The notes under the pieces: generated by a model | The model's database searches: none | What the model was told of the DNA's origin: nothing | What the model saw: the letters and a program-made list of their open reading frames with translations, nothing else | NCBI GenBank assembly: GCA_964291265.2 | Contig: OZ219746.1 | Location: 32,001-96,000, forward strand | Length of the DNA: 64,000 nt | Reading direction: 5' to 3' | Origin: Alphaproteobacteria bacterium | Lineage (GTDB): Bacteria; Pseudomonadota; Alphaproteobacteria; SP197 | Shown here: positions 9,393 to 22,373 of the stretch, piece by piece | Numbering within the stretch: position 1 is the first letter of the stretch | How the letters are laid out: every line of letters begins with the position of its first letter | Made by a program: the position numbers and the translations under genes

Positions 9393-10164
9393 TCATGTGC
9401 AACTGGAAAGGCTGCTGTGCGAGCGCCTGTGCGCAGAGGTCAGGCTTCACCGGCGCGAGGACGATGTGCTGATGATGGAATCGCCATTCACCTTTCCGGA
9501 TGGCGACCACTTCCCCATCTACTTGTCCGAAACGGCGGCCGGAGGCGTGAAACTCAGCGATCGCGGTCACACCCTGATGCATCTGAGCTACGAGCATGAC
9601 GTGAAGTTGTTCTACGAAGGCGCGCGCGCGTCTCTTCGTGAGCAAATCGTGCGTGAGAGCGGCATTGATGAAGACGAGGGCATCTTCTCCATCGAGACGC
9701 CGCTGGACCAGGTGGCGGGCACGCTGTTCAGGTTCGGGCAGGCATTGACGAAGATCCATGACCTGACGTTCCTGAGCCGAGAGAGGAGCGCCTTGACGTT
9801 CGATGAGGACCTGTGCGAGCTGGTCTTCGCCATCCTCGACGAGGAAGTCGTCGAGAGGGGCTACATACCGCCTGAGGTTCCGGACGCCAGACACTATCCG
9901 GTGGACTACCGTTTTGAGGGGAAGGACGGGATGTCGGTGTTCCTCTACGGGATTCCGGGCCGTGACAAGGCGCGGTTGAAGACAATCATGCTGTCGCATT
10001 TTCTGCTTCACCGTGTGCCTTTCGAGTCGGTCCTCGTTTTTGCAAATCAGCAGGAGATACCGAGACTCGACCTCGCGCGGCTGACCAATGTTGCCGGAAC
10101 CGCGGTCGCCTCGCTCGAGGCGGAAGACGATCTGCGCCGAAAGCTCGAACGCCTTGCTGCGTGA
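9382..10164 (+). CDS. DUF1828-like domain protein with a nuclease-like C-terminal region
   Basis: ESPFTFPDGDHFPIYL...VKLSDRGHTL; C-terminal HYPVDYRF. Confidence 0.7.
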   Translation: MALDHVQLERLLCERLCAEVRLHRREDDVLMMESPFTFPDGDHFPIYLSETAAGGVKLSDRGHTLMHLSYEHDVKLFYEGARASLREQIVRESGIDEDEGIFSIETPLDQVAGTLFRFGQALTKIHDLTFLSRERSALTFDEDLCELVFAILDEEVVERGYIPPEVPDARHYPVDYRFEGKDGMSVFLYGIPGRDKARLKTIMLSHFLLHRVPFESVLVFANQQEIPRLDLARLTNVAGTAVASLEAEDDLRRKLERLAA

Positions 10165-10269
10165 ACGCGTTCCGAACAAGGACACGACCACTGTGCTGTG
10201 ACGGGTATCGATGGCGATGGGTCGCCGAGAGCGTACTCTGACCTGCCCCCGTCGACTGGTGTCGGGTGA

Positions 10270-10411
10270 GTGCTGGCGCATTGAGGATTTCTCCGCCAGG
10301 CTGGGTGTTGAGCCGGCGGAGCGGAGCCGTGCGGCCAGCTTGGCGTCATGATCGTCTCGGGTGCTGGCGGCTGGTATCCCAAGCCGCCATGTGGTCGCAT
10401 GGAGTTGTCGT
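10270..10411 (-). pseudogene. IS3-family transposase remnant, 3' piece
   Basis: DNSMRPHGGLGYQPPAPETI matches the IS3 C-terminal YNxxRPHxxLGYxPP motif. Confidence 0.75.
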
Positions 10412-10517
10412 AACGCCCCGAACGCAAAAGGCACTTCTGCTTTGAGCGCGAAGTTGTGCATTGGCGCGACCGCCCTTTGATTGATTGGAGACGCAAACGG
10501 TAATATCGTTATGACAA

Positions 10518-10847
10518 ATGGCCCGATCATCGCGATCCCAAAAGGTCGAGCGGCTCAATACCGCGTACACCTTGCTCGCCCAAGGCGTGACGGCAAGCGA
10601 AGCGGTGCTTTGCCTGTCTCAGCGCTTCGGTTTGTCACGGCGTCAGGCGTATCGCTACCTCCAGGAGGCGTGCGCCATGAGCCAGCCGGTCGAGCCGGCC
10701 GAGGCGGTGATCCCGATCACCATCAAGATTCCAGGCACGTTGGCGGAGGCTTTGCGGGCGCATTCCAGGAGCAGCGGCGATTCGATAGGGGAGATCGTCG
10801 CGCGGGCTTTGAGACGCTTCTTCTCGGACATGGGTCGTCATGGCTGA
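10518..10847 (+). CDS. Small DNA-binding protein (HTH plus RHH-like) of the recombinase element
   Basis: LSQRFGLSRRQAYRYL HTH-like segment; ITIKIP...SIGEIVARALRRF RHH-like segment. Confidence 0.6.
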   Translation: MARSSRSQKVERLNTAYTLLAQGVTASEAVLCLSQRFGLSRRQAYRYLQEACAMSQPVEPAEAVIPITIKIPGTLAEALRAHSRSSGDSIGEIVARALRRFFSDMGRHG

Positions 10848-10957
10848 ACGCCGCTCAAGCTCTCGGCCCGCCGCCAAGCTCCAGAACGCCTACGCGATCC
10901 TGGTGCCCGATCGGGCCCACAAGATCCCGCCGCGAACCCGCGACGTAGGAGACGATC

Positions 10958-12963
10958 ATGAAGATTGCAGCCCTGTACGCGCGGGTCTCGGGCGAGCAGC
11001 AAAGGGATAGCAACACGATCGCCAGCCAGACCGAGGCCTTGGTTGCCTACGCCGAACGCCATGGCTACTGCGTGGCGCCCGACATGGTCATCGAGGATGA
11101 CGGCTACGGCTATACCGGCGCGGTTCTCGAACGCCCGGGGCTGGAGCGTGTCAGGGACCTTGCCGCGGAGGGGCGCATCGAGGCCGTCCTGGTCCATGCC
11201 CCGGATCGCTTGAGCCGCCGCTATGCCTATCAGGTTCTGATCATCGAGGAGCTGGCCCGCCAGGGCGTTGAGACCGTGTTCCTGAACGCGCCGTCGATGG
11301 AAACCCCAGAAGACCATCTCCTCGTCCAGTTCCAGGGAATGATCGCGGAATACGAGCGGGCGCAGATTCTGGAGCGTTCCCGTCGCGGCAAGCGTCATCG
11401 GGCGCGACGCGGCGAGGTCGCCGTCCTCGCCGGCGCACCCTATGGCTACCGCTACCACAAGAAAACCCAGGACAGCGACGCTTTCTACGAAATCTCCGAA
11501 CCGCAGACGTCCGTGGTTCGCGACATCTACCGCCATTACACCGAAGATCACGTCAGCATCGGCGCGATCGCTCGCACACTCAACGAGCGCGGTGTCCCCA
11601 CGTCTTCCGGGCGCTCGCGCTGGGAACGCTCGGTGGCATGGGCGATCCTGCGGAATCCGGCGTACAAGGGAAGGGCGTGCTTCGGCAATACCCGGGTGGC
11701 GCCGCGCCGCAGCGTGCGGCCTCTGCGCCGCCGCGACGGGTTCGCCGACAGCAACACTGCCGGTCACGAACGGCCGCGGAAGGCTGGATCGAGATCCCGG
11801 TGCCGGCGATCGTCAGCGAAGAGACCTTCGCCCTCGCCGAAGAACGGCCGCAACGCAACAAGGTCTTCTCCAAACAGTCATGAACGTCGGCGTGCCTGCT
11901 TACCCCGCGCCATGAAACGTGAGCCTGTTGTGGCCGTTGGACAAGTGCGTTGATCCGGCGTATTGGTGCACGATCATGCGAGCAGGTGGAGGTGGGTGAC
12001 GAGGACGCTTGTATTTCGACGATGTCCTGACGCCTGAACGAACCAGACCCTTGATGGCCATAGACGCGGGGTAGCCGGAAAGGTCCAAGGTTCGTCAACA
12101 GGCGTCAGCCAGAACCACCACACGGCGGTCAGGCATGCGCCTGACCGACAGGTCGCTCGCGCCCTGTTCAACAAAAGGCGTCGCAGGGATCAGAAATGTT
12201 TCACAGCAAGCGTAGGACCAAAACACCCAGCGTCTCGCAGGGGCTCGTGGCGTGCGGCAAATGCGGCTACGCGCTGTATCGCACGTCGGCCCGAACCACT
12301 GCCCGCAAGATCTCCTACTACCGCTGCCTGGGTTCCGACGCCTGGCGCCATCTCAACGGCCCTCTGTGCAACAGCCGTCCCGTGCGCCAGGATCTGCTCG
12401 ATGACATCGTATGGACCGAGCTGGTCCGCTTGCTCGAAGATCCGGCGCTCGTGAAAGCAGAGATCGACCGACGACTGGAGGCAGCCCGTGTCTCCGATCC
12501 AAGCCAGTAGCGCGAGGCCGACCTTCGGCATCGGCTGATCAGGGTCCGCAAGGCCATCGACCGCCTCGTCACGGCCTATCAGGAGGAGTTGATCACCATC
12601 GACGAGTTGCGCAACAGAACGCCCGAGCTCCGCCGTCAGGAACAAGCGCTGCATCGCGAACTGCAATCCACTGTCGATCGCGCCAAGGATCGAGAGACTT
12701 ATCTTCGGCTCGCCGAGACTCTGACCGGCTTTCTGGCGCGGCTGCATTCGTCAGCCGAAACTCTGGACATCGCCGAACGGCAGCGTATCGCCCGGCTCCT
12801 CGTGAAGGAGATACTTGTCACCGAGGACAAAATCACTATCCGCCATTCCATCCCGATCTCGGGCTCGCCGGGCGCGGACCCGTCGAAACCCGACAACGGC
12901 GGAACCGAAGGCGAGAGTTACCTTTCGCGTTCAGGGCGTCGTGGCGCCGCCATGCTTCAATGA
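10958..12963 (+). pseudogene. Large serine recombinase (resolvase + recombinase + Zn ribbon), disrupted
   Basis: YARVS, ERPGL, DRLSR, GAPYGY, ILRNPAYKG, CGKCG...YYRC; frameshift near 11775, insertion 11874-12206, in-frame TAG at 12508-12510. Confidence 0.9.
11874..12206. mobile_element. 333-bp non-coding structured insertion of unknown family
   Basis: Splits FSK/RRTK of the recombinase; CAA at both junctions; stems 12027-12044/12089-12108 and 12126-12147. Confidence 0.65.
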
Positions 12964-13270
12964 TGATCCGGGCCTCGTTCAGACTGTCGAGGATCTCGTC
13001 GCGGAACCGCGCGTTGGAGCTTTCGATACAGCCGATCTCCCAGGGTGAGCCCGGCTCGATGAAGGCGGTTCGGGCGCCGACCGCGTCGGTCCAGCGCCTG
13101 ACCGGCGGCGAACTGGGGTCCGTTGTCGGAACGGATCCCAGACCGGGGACGCGGTGCAGGATGAACAGGTCGGTCAGCACGTCGATGACATCGGCAGAGG
13201 AAGGCTTGCGCCTTGACCGGATCGCCAGGTTCTCGCGGGCGAACTCGTCCAGGAGGTTGAGCATGCTTGA
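12943..13270 (-). pseudogene. IS3-family transposase remnant, integrase core
   Basis: LNLLDEFARENLAI, IRSDNGPQF, FIEPGSPWE..CIES.NARFRDEIL, with frameshifts. Confidence 0.85.
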
Positions 13271-13552
13271 GCGTTTGCGCGGCAGTGTCCGCTGATCGTG
13301 ACGCCGGGCGGATGAACCGGTCCGGTCCCGGTCGCAACATGGCAACGCCTCCCTGAATGGCGTCAACGTCGCGCCAAGGTCCCCGGCTGCGTCGACGTCT
13401 CCTCCAATGAACCATCGCAGGCCGGCGTTTCGCAAGCCACCAACCTTCACCGCGACAGCCGGGATCCCGCGCCTGTGGGGCGTCATGTGGCCCGGGCGGG
13501 CCATGAAGGTCCGCCCGGGCCACAGCGAGATGGCGGTTCTTCCTTCCCTGGT

Positions 13553-15960
<2,408 letters not shown>

Positions 15961-15986
15961 AATCATGCCCGGGGGATACCTGCCTT

Positions 15987-16889
15987 ATGAAACGCCTGCC
16001 CACGATGAAGCAGCTCCAGTATCTGGTGGCGCTGGCCGATACCCGGCACTTCGGCCGCGCGGCAAGACGCTGCCACATCACCCAGTCGACGCTCAGCGCG
16101 GGTATTCGTGACCTGGAGTCGGTGCTCGGCACCGCAGTCGCCGAGCGTTCCAATCGGCGGATGCTGATGACTCGGGTTGGCGCCGAGGTCGCCGAGCGGG
16201 CGAAGGCCTTGTTGCGCGACGCCGAAGAAATCATGGAGGTGGCGAGGGCCGGGCGTTCCGCGATGACGGGCGAGATGCGCCTTGGGGTCATCCCGACGAT
16301 CGGCCCCTTTCTCCTGCCGCGCGTTCTTCCGGGTCTGAGGGAGAGGTTCCCGGACCTGACACTCTACTTGAGGGAGGAACAGACGGCTCCGCTTCTCGCC
16401 CGGCTGGAAGACGGAGAGCTGGACGCTACCCTGATCGCGTTGCCCTACGAGACTCGAGACCTCGAAATCCGCATCATCCTCGAGGATGAGTTCCTGTTCG
16501 CCTGCAACCGGGATCATGCGCTTGCCGGCGCCAGCGAAGTGGCCCTCGACGCGCTTGTCGGCGAACGCCTCCTGTTGCTGGAAGAAGGTCACTGCCTGCG
16601 CGGTCACGCGCTGATCGTCTGCGAGACAGGCGACACGGACGCGCGGGCGCAGTTCGAGGCCAGCAGCCTGCACACCCTGGTGCAGATGGCCGCGGCGGGA
16701 ATCGGCGTCACCCTGGTGCCGCAACTCGCGGTCGATGCCCATATCACCCAGGGAACGGGTCTCTCGCTGTCGCGCCTTGCCATGCCCGCGTCGCGCCGGA
16801 TCGGACTGGCCTGGCGCCGAAAGTCCCTGCGGGTGCAGGAGTTCTCGCTGCTGGCGGACGCGCTGCGCGAACTGGCGGATACCGCGTGA
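15987..16889 (+). CDS. oxyR: LysR-family H2O2-sensing regulator OxyR
   Basis: LysR HTH; EEGHCLRGHALIVC carries both redox cysteines; divergent from katG. Confidence 0.92.
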   Translation: MKRLPTMKQLQYLVALADTRHFGRAARRCHITQSTLSAGIRDLESVLGTAVAERSNRRMLMTRVGAEVAERAKALLRDAEEIMEVARAGRSAMTGEMRLGVIPTIGPFLLPRVLPGLRERFPDLTLYLREEQTAPLLARLEDGELDATLIALPYETRDLEIRIILEDEFLFACNRDHALAGASEVALDALVGERLLLLEEGHCLRGHALIVCETGDTDARAQFEASSLHTLVQMAAAGIGVTLVPQLAVDAHITQGTGLSLSRLAMPASRRIGLAWRRKSLRVQEFSLLADALRELADTA

Positions 16890-17206
16890 CGTCTCCCGCT
16901 CCGCATGACCTGGGGAGCCATGCGGCCGATCGCGTTAGGCGGAGACGAAGCCCGGCAACTTCCGGAGCGGGAACGTTGCCGCCTTGCCAAGCCCGTCGGA
17001 TCGGTCATGATTCCCGTTCGCAGATGGAGGGGAAGGGATGATGCGGGTCCTGTCGGACGATAGGAGCGGGACGCTCAACGATCCGGTGCCGATTGAATGG
17101 CGTTTCCCTGGACCGGGCGCCGGGATTCCGGCCGACTCCCCGCCTGTCGGACGCGATCTGTGTGGAATTGTCGCCGGACAGGCCGCATCCGGGTCGGGAG
17201 GCGGCC

Positions 17207-19282
17207 ATGTCTCGTGATCCCCGTTACGACATTCTCTTCGAACCCGTGCAAATCGGGCCCGTTACGGCGAGGAACCGCTTCTATCAGGTGCCCCACTGCA
17301 ACGGCATGGGGCGCACCTTTCCGTCCAGCATGGCGGCAATGCGCGGCGTCAAGGCCGAGGGCGGCTGGGCCGTGGTCTCGACCGAACAGATCGACATCCA
17401 CCCCTCGACCGACATCACCGGCGCAACCGAGGGGCGGCTGTGGTCGGATCAGGACATCCCCTACCTCGCACGCATGTGCGATGCCGTCCACGAACACGGC
17501 TCCCTCGCGCTGATCGAATTGACCCACAACGGCAAGTTCGCACCGGCGTCCTACAGCCGCGAGGTGCCGCTCTTTCCGTCCCACATGCCCGTGGTCGGCA
17601 ACGCGCCGGTGCAGGCCCGCGCCATGGACAGGACCGACATCAGGAACTACCGGCGCTGGCATCTGGACGCCGTGAAGCGCGCCAGAAGGGCCGGTTTCGA
17701 CATCGTCTGCTGCTATGCCGCCCACAACCTCTCGCTCGCCGGCCAGTTCATGCAGCCGCGTTACAACCGCCGCACCGACGAGTACGGCGGCAGTCTGGAG
17801 AACCGTGTCCGCCTTTTCCGAGAAATCATCGAGGACGCCAAGGAGGCGGTTGGCGACACGATGGGCGTGGTGGCGCGCTTCGCCGTCGACGAAAGGCGCG
17901 GTGGCGAAGGCATGGAATTCGACAAGGAAGGGCGCGAGGTTGTCGAGATGCTGGCCGAACTGCCCGATCTCTGGGACGTCAACGTGGCCGAGTGGGAGAA
18001 CGACAGCATCACCAGCCGTTTCGCGGACGAGGGATTCCAGGAACCCTTCATCTCCTTCGTCAAGCAGGTCACCACCAGGCCCGTGGTGGCCGTCGGCCGC
18101 TACACCACGCCCGACCGCATGGTTTCGCTCGTGAAGAACGGCATGCTCGACATGATCGGTGCGGCCCGCCCGTCGATCGCCGATCCCTTCATGCCGAAGA
18201 AGATCGAGGAGGGCAGGATCGAGGATCTCCGGGAGTGCATCGGCTGCAACATCTGCGTGGGCTGGGACCACATGCAGTCGCCCATGCGCTGCACCCAGAA
18301 CCCGACCAAGGGCGAGGAGTGGCGCAAGGGCTGGCATCCGGAGCGCATCCCGCACAAGTCGGGAGACGACGAGGTGCTCGTCATCGGCGCGGGGCCCGCG
18401 GGTCTCGAGGCGGCGCTCGCGGCCGGCCAGCGCGGCTACGATGTCACGCTGGCCGAAGCGGAGGAGGAACTGGGCGGCCGTGTCTCCCGCGAAAGTCGCC
18501 TGCCGGGACTCTCCGCCTGGGGCCGGGTGCGCGACTACCGGGTGCACCAGATCCGGCAGTTGGCCAACGTCGAAGTCTATCCCGCCAGCCATCTGACGGC
18601 CGGACAGGTGCTCGAGTTCGGCGCTGACCGCATCGCTGTGGCGACCGGCGCACGCTGGCGCAGGGACGCCTTCGGCCGGACCCACCAGTTCCCGATTCCC
18701 GGCGTCGAGGAAGCGTGCGTGCTCACGCCCGACGACGTCATGTCAGGTGCGGCGCCCGAGGGCCCTGTCCTCGTCTACGACGACGACCACTACTACATGG
18801 GCGGCGTGCTCGCCGAGAAGCTGCGCGGCGACGGGCTTGAGGTGACGCTGGCGACACCCGATCCCGTCGTGTCGTCGTGGACTACCCTGACCCTGGAGCA
18901 GCACCGCATTCAGGCGCGCCTGATCGAGCTTGGCGTCGGCATCGAGGTCAACGCCAGGCTCGCTTCCATCGGCGACGGCGTCGCGGCGCTTGCTTGCGTC
19001 TTCACCGGACGCCGCCGCGAGGTTGCTGCCGCGACGGTCTTGATGGTGACGTCACGCCTGCCCCATGATGCGCTCTATCGCGAACTGGCCGGCGACCCGC
19101 AACGGCTGAGCGACGCCGGCATCGCCTCTCTCCAGCGCATCGGCGACTGTCACGGTCCCGCGACCATCGCTGCGGCTGTCTACGAGGGCCACCGCTTCGC
19201 CCGGGAACTGGGCGCGGAGCCCGGGGAAATCCCCTTCAAGCGGGAACTGACGGAACTGGCAGCGGAGTTCGCGCTACCCTGA
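17207..19282 (+). CDS. Trimethylamine/dimethylamine/histamine dehydrogenase family flavoprotein (FMN, 4Fe-4S)
   Basis: NRFYQVPHCNG, CIGCNIC-x11-C cluster motif, IGAGPAGLE; GGAGG RBS. Confidence 0.9.
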   Translation: MSRDPRYDILFEPVQIGPVTARNRFYQVPHCNGMGRTFPSSMAAMRGVKAEGGWAVVSTEQIDIHPSTDITGATEGRLWSDQDIPYLARMCDAVHEHGSLALIELTHNGKFAPASYSREVPLFPSHMPVVGNAPVQARAMDRTDIRNYRRWHLDAVKRARRAGFDIVCCYAAHNLSLAGQFMQPRYNRRTDEYGGSLENRVRLFREIIEDAKEAVGDTMGVVARFAVDERRGGEGMEFDKEGREVVEMLAELPDLWDVNVAEWENDSITSRFADEGFQEPFISFVKQVTTRPVVAVGRYTTPDRMVSLVKNGMLDMIGAARPSIADPFMPKKIEEGRIEDLRECIGCNICVGWDHMQSPMRCTQNPTKGEEWRKGWHPERIPHKSGDDEVLVIGAGPAGLEAALAAGQRGYDVTLAEAEEELGGRVSRESRLPGLSAWGRVRDYRVHQIRQLANVEVYPASHLTAGQVLEFGADRIAVATGARWRRDAFGRTHQFPIPGVEEACVLTPDDVMSGAAPEGPVLVYDDDHYYMGGVLAEKLRGDGLEVTLATPDPVVSSWTTLTLEQHRIQARLIELGVGIEVNARLASIGDGVAALACVFTGRRREVAAATVLMVTSRLPHDALYRELAGDPQRLSDAGIASLQRIGDCHGPATIAAAVYEGHRFARELGAEPGEIPFKRELTELAAEFALP

Positions 19283-19499
19283 ACCGAAATCTCGCGTCGG
19301 AACTGCGGTTCCAGACGCGGAAGGGCCGGACGCCGCCGCCAGGTTTCTCAATTGGTTCTCCTCCGGGGAGTGCCTGCCTCCTTGTCCGTGTTGACGACCT
19401 CGACAGGGTCGCGGCCCCTGTCGTCGATCTCGGACATCGTGTGGGCCTGCTCGAGGTTGGCGATGGCACAGGCCTCGATCAGCCTTCGAAGTACTCGGG

Positions 19500-19892
19500 C
19501 ACGATCCTGGCATCGTCGAGGTTGAAGGCGACCGCGCCGATGCTGCGCCGGCGTAAGGTCGAGCACCTCGCCGCGGCGGCAGCCGGTGAGGGCGAGCGGG
19601 CGGATGGCGGCGAGGCCTCTGGCCATCAGGCTTCGCTGGCGTCGCCAGCTGTCAGCGTGTCCGCGGCGATGAACCGGGCAACCTTCTTCGCCGGGTTCCT
19701 TGCGATACCGGGGCAGGGGTTTGAGCGGCGCTCGCGCAATGCCTCTTCCGTGGCGCGGAACATCATTGCACACAATGTCTCGAAGGACCGGTTGGCCGCG
19801 CCGGGCCTGTCCCTGCCCGCCGCATCGAACCACGTGTCCACCTTCTCGGGTTCGACCCGGTCCAGCAGGCATCCTGCCGAAGGCGGGGATCC
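19500..19892 (-). pseudogene. Tyrosine integrase remnant, interrupted by the IS21 element (upstream part continues at about 25214-25275)
   Basis: WFDAAGRDRPGAANRSF, LALTGCRRGEVLDL; multiple frameshifts. Confidence 0.7.
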
Positions 19893-19960
19893 TGTTGATG
19901 GCTGCATAGAACGGCGGGATTTCGGCGATTTGCCGCGCTTTGTCAGGGTCGTGTTTCTTC

Positions 19961-19999
19961 CCTGTTGTCAGGTCCTATTGTCACGTCCTGTTGTCGTGG
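19961..19999 (+). repeat. Three tandem 13-bp repeats near the left end
   Basis: CCTGTTGTCAGGT CCTATTGTCACGT CCTGTTGTCGTGG. Confidence 0.7.
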
Positions 20000-20316
20000 T
20001 TTGAGTGTTCGGCTGGTTGTCTCCCCGAGCGCCGCCGTCTTTTCCTATTGTCGTTTTGGTCCGGTTCGGGTTCCGTCGACCTCTGCTTCGGTCTTGGTGA
20101 CGGTTGCCGGGAGGGTTCCGGTTCCGAGGCACTCGCGGGATTGTTTGTCTTCCCTGTGGGCGGGTCGCGTTGTCCGGTCCCGGGGCGGCGTCTTTGCCGC
20201 CGCCCCGGGTGGATGCTAGATCGGCATCAAGAGAAAGAGCGATGCGATGCCGGGCGGAGTTGTGACGCCCCCCGGCGCAGCACCCGGACGAGCCGGTCAC
20301 GGGGGACCGAACTCCC

Positions 20317-20847
20317 GTGTATTGTCGAGCCATTTTGCGTCCGGGTCCACCCCCGCTCTCGAGACGGACGGTGTGCACGACAGGACGACTGTTCAACTGC
20401 AGGCGGTGTCAGCGGCAGGTTGTTCTCTGCCGGTCGTGTGACCGGGGGCATGTGTATTGCTCCAAGGAGTGCAGGGAGCGGTCCCGGATCGAGCGGCGCC
20501 GCGCGTCGCGTCGTCGCTACCAGAGCACGCTGAAGGGCCGTGAGACGGGCCGTCACCGCCAGCGGCGTTACCGGCTCCGCAAGGCGGAGGAGGCGCGTGC
20601 GTTGAAGGCCAGGGCGGCGATGGTTGCCGAGATCATGGGCACGCAGACGTCTGCTGTGGTGCTGCTTGGCGACGTTCCGGCGGTGTCTGGAGACGCCGGT
20701 TCTGAAGAAATCGTTACGGACCACCCTTCCCGACTGCTGCCGACCTCCCTACCTGCGGTTGTGAAGGCGCAAGAGCGACGCGAATCGCCGCTTCGGTGCG
20801 CCCGGTGCGGACGGGTCGTGACGCATGTGGTGCTGAGGGACCTGTGA
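20317..20847 (+). CDS. Cys-rich putative zinc-finger protein upstream of istA (start uncertain)
   Basis: CRRC...CRSCDRGHVYCSKEC, an Arg-rich helix, C-terminal CARC. Confidence 0.6.
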   Translation: MYCRAILRPGPPPLSRRTVCTTGRLFNCRRCQRQVVLCRSCDRGHVYCSKECRERSRIERRRASRRRYQSTLKGRETGRHRQRRYRLRKAEEARALKARAAMVAEIMGTQTSAVVLLGDVPAVSGDAGSEEIVTDHPSRLLPTSLPAVVKAQERRESPLRCARCGRVVTHVVLRDL

Positions 20848-20879
20848 TGCGGCGTTGAGGAACCAAAGGGAGGGAGTTC

Positions 20880-22373
20880 ATGGCGATCGACGAGGACACG
20901 CGGGCGACGATCGTGCGGCTGTCGCGGGCCGAGGGCTGGGCTGTGGGGACGATTGCCCGGCATCTCGGCGTGCACCACGGCACGGTGACGCGGGCGCTCA
21001 AGGCGTCGGGGCAGGAGCGGCGGCCGCGGGCCAAGCTCATCGACCCCTTCGTTGCCTTCCTCGGGGAGCGTCTTGAGGCGTCGCCGGACCTTCCGGCCAG
21101 CACGCTCTGGCGACAGGTCGTGGCTCTGGGCTACCGCGGCGGCGAGGATCACTTCCGTCACGACCTGCGCCGCCTCGGGCTGAGGCCGGTGAAGAGGCCC
21201 GAGCCGTCGCTGCGGCTGAGCTTCCTTCCGGGCGAGCAGGCGCAGGTTGACTGGGCCGAGTTCGGGAAGGTCCGCATCGGCCGGGCGGAGCGCAGGCTCA
21301 TGGGGCTTCTCGTCACCCTCAGCTACTCGCGCCAGACTGTCCTGAGCCTGTTCCACGACGCGCGGATGGCCAGCTTCCTGCAAGGCCATGTCGAGGCTTT
21401 CGCGGCATTCGGGGGTGTGCCGCGGAGGCTTCTGTACGACAACCTGAAGAGTGCCGTGGTGACGCGCCGCGGCAAGGCGGTCACCTATCATCCGATGCTG
21501 CTCGGCCTTGCGGCCCACTATGCCTTCGAACCGAGCGCCGCCTGGCCCAGGAGCCCGCAGGAGAAGGGCCGCGTGGAACGCCGTGTGCGCTTCGCGCGCA
21601 CCGGGTTCTTCGCCGGGCGCGACATCACGGTCCCGCTCGGCGAGCTCAACGCCGCAGTTCGGGAGTGGTGCTTCGGCGCCGCCGCGGAGCGGCCCTGGCC
21701 GGACGACGACAGTCTCCTGGTGCGGGACGCCTTCGCCCGGGAGAGGGAGCACCTGATCGTCCTTCCCGTCGACCCCTTCCCGCATCACGAGGTCCGCCCG
21801 GTGCGCATCGACAAGACCTGCCACGCCCGCTTCGACACCAACGACTACAGCGTTCCGGGTAGCTTCTCCAAGGCCCTGCTGACGCTGGTCGCCGACCGCG
21901 ACGAGGTTCGCATCCTCGACGGCGCCGACGAGGTCGCGCGCCACCGACGCTCCTACGACAGGAAGCAGGCCGTCACCGATCCGGAGCATGCCAGGGCGAT
22001 CGCCGCGGGCAAGCGGCGGGCCCGCTCCATGAGCGTCCGCGACCGGGTCCTGCGCACCGTGCCGCGGGCCGAGGAGATGCTGGCGCGCGCCGGGACCAAC
22101 GGGCGCAACGTGGCCTCCTGCGCCCGGATGCTGGAGACGCTTCTCAACGCGCACGGCGCCGACGCTCTCGACCGGGCTGTCGCCACGGCGCTGGAGCGCG
22201 GCTCGTGCCACCCCGAAACCGTGCGCGTCATCATCGAGGAGCGCCGCCGGGAGCAGGGCCTGCCGCCCCTCAGCATCGCCGACGACGGCCGCGGCGGCCG
22301 TGGCACGACGCCGCGGGGGACCGCTCTCGACGCCTACGACAGGCCCGAAGCCAGCGCCAGGAACAAGACATGA
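20880..22373 (+). CDS. istA: IS21-family DDE transposase
   Basis: PGEQAQVDW, LLYDNLKS, PQEKGRVER; N-terminal HTH. Confidence 0.95.
   Translation: MAIDEDTRATIVRLSRAEGWAVGTIARHLGVHHGTVTRALKASGQERRPRAKLIDPFVAFLGERLEASPDLPASTLWRQVVALGYRGGEDHFRHDLRRLGLRPVKRPEPSLRLSFLPGEQAQVDWAEFGKVRIGRAERRLMGLLVTLSYSRQTVLSLFHDARMASFLQGHVEAFAAFGGVPRRLLYDNLKSAVVTRRGKAVTYHPMLLGLAAHYAFEPSAAWPRSPQEKGRVERRVRFARTGFFAGRDITVPLGELNAAVREWCFGAAAERPWPDDDSLLVRDAFAREREHLIVLPVDPFPHHEVRPVRIDKTCHARFDTNDYSVPGSFSKALLTLVADRDEVRILDGADEVARHRRSYDRKQAVTDPEHARAIAAGKRRARSMSVRDRVLRTVPRAEEMLARAGTNGRNVASCARMLETLLNAHGADALDRAVATALERGSCHPETVRVIIEERRREQGLPPLSIADDGRGGRGTTPRGTALDAYDRPEASARNKT

Larger units (their letters stand above)
10412..12942 (+). 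mobile_element. Large serine recombinase-encoding element inserted in the IS3 remnant
   Basis: About 26-bp imperfect inverted ends (ACGCCCCGAACGCAAAAGGCACTTCT / AGAGTTACCTTTCGCGTTCAGGGCGT), GTCGT at both junctions; removal restores EAWRRHDNSMRPH. Confidence 0.8.
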
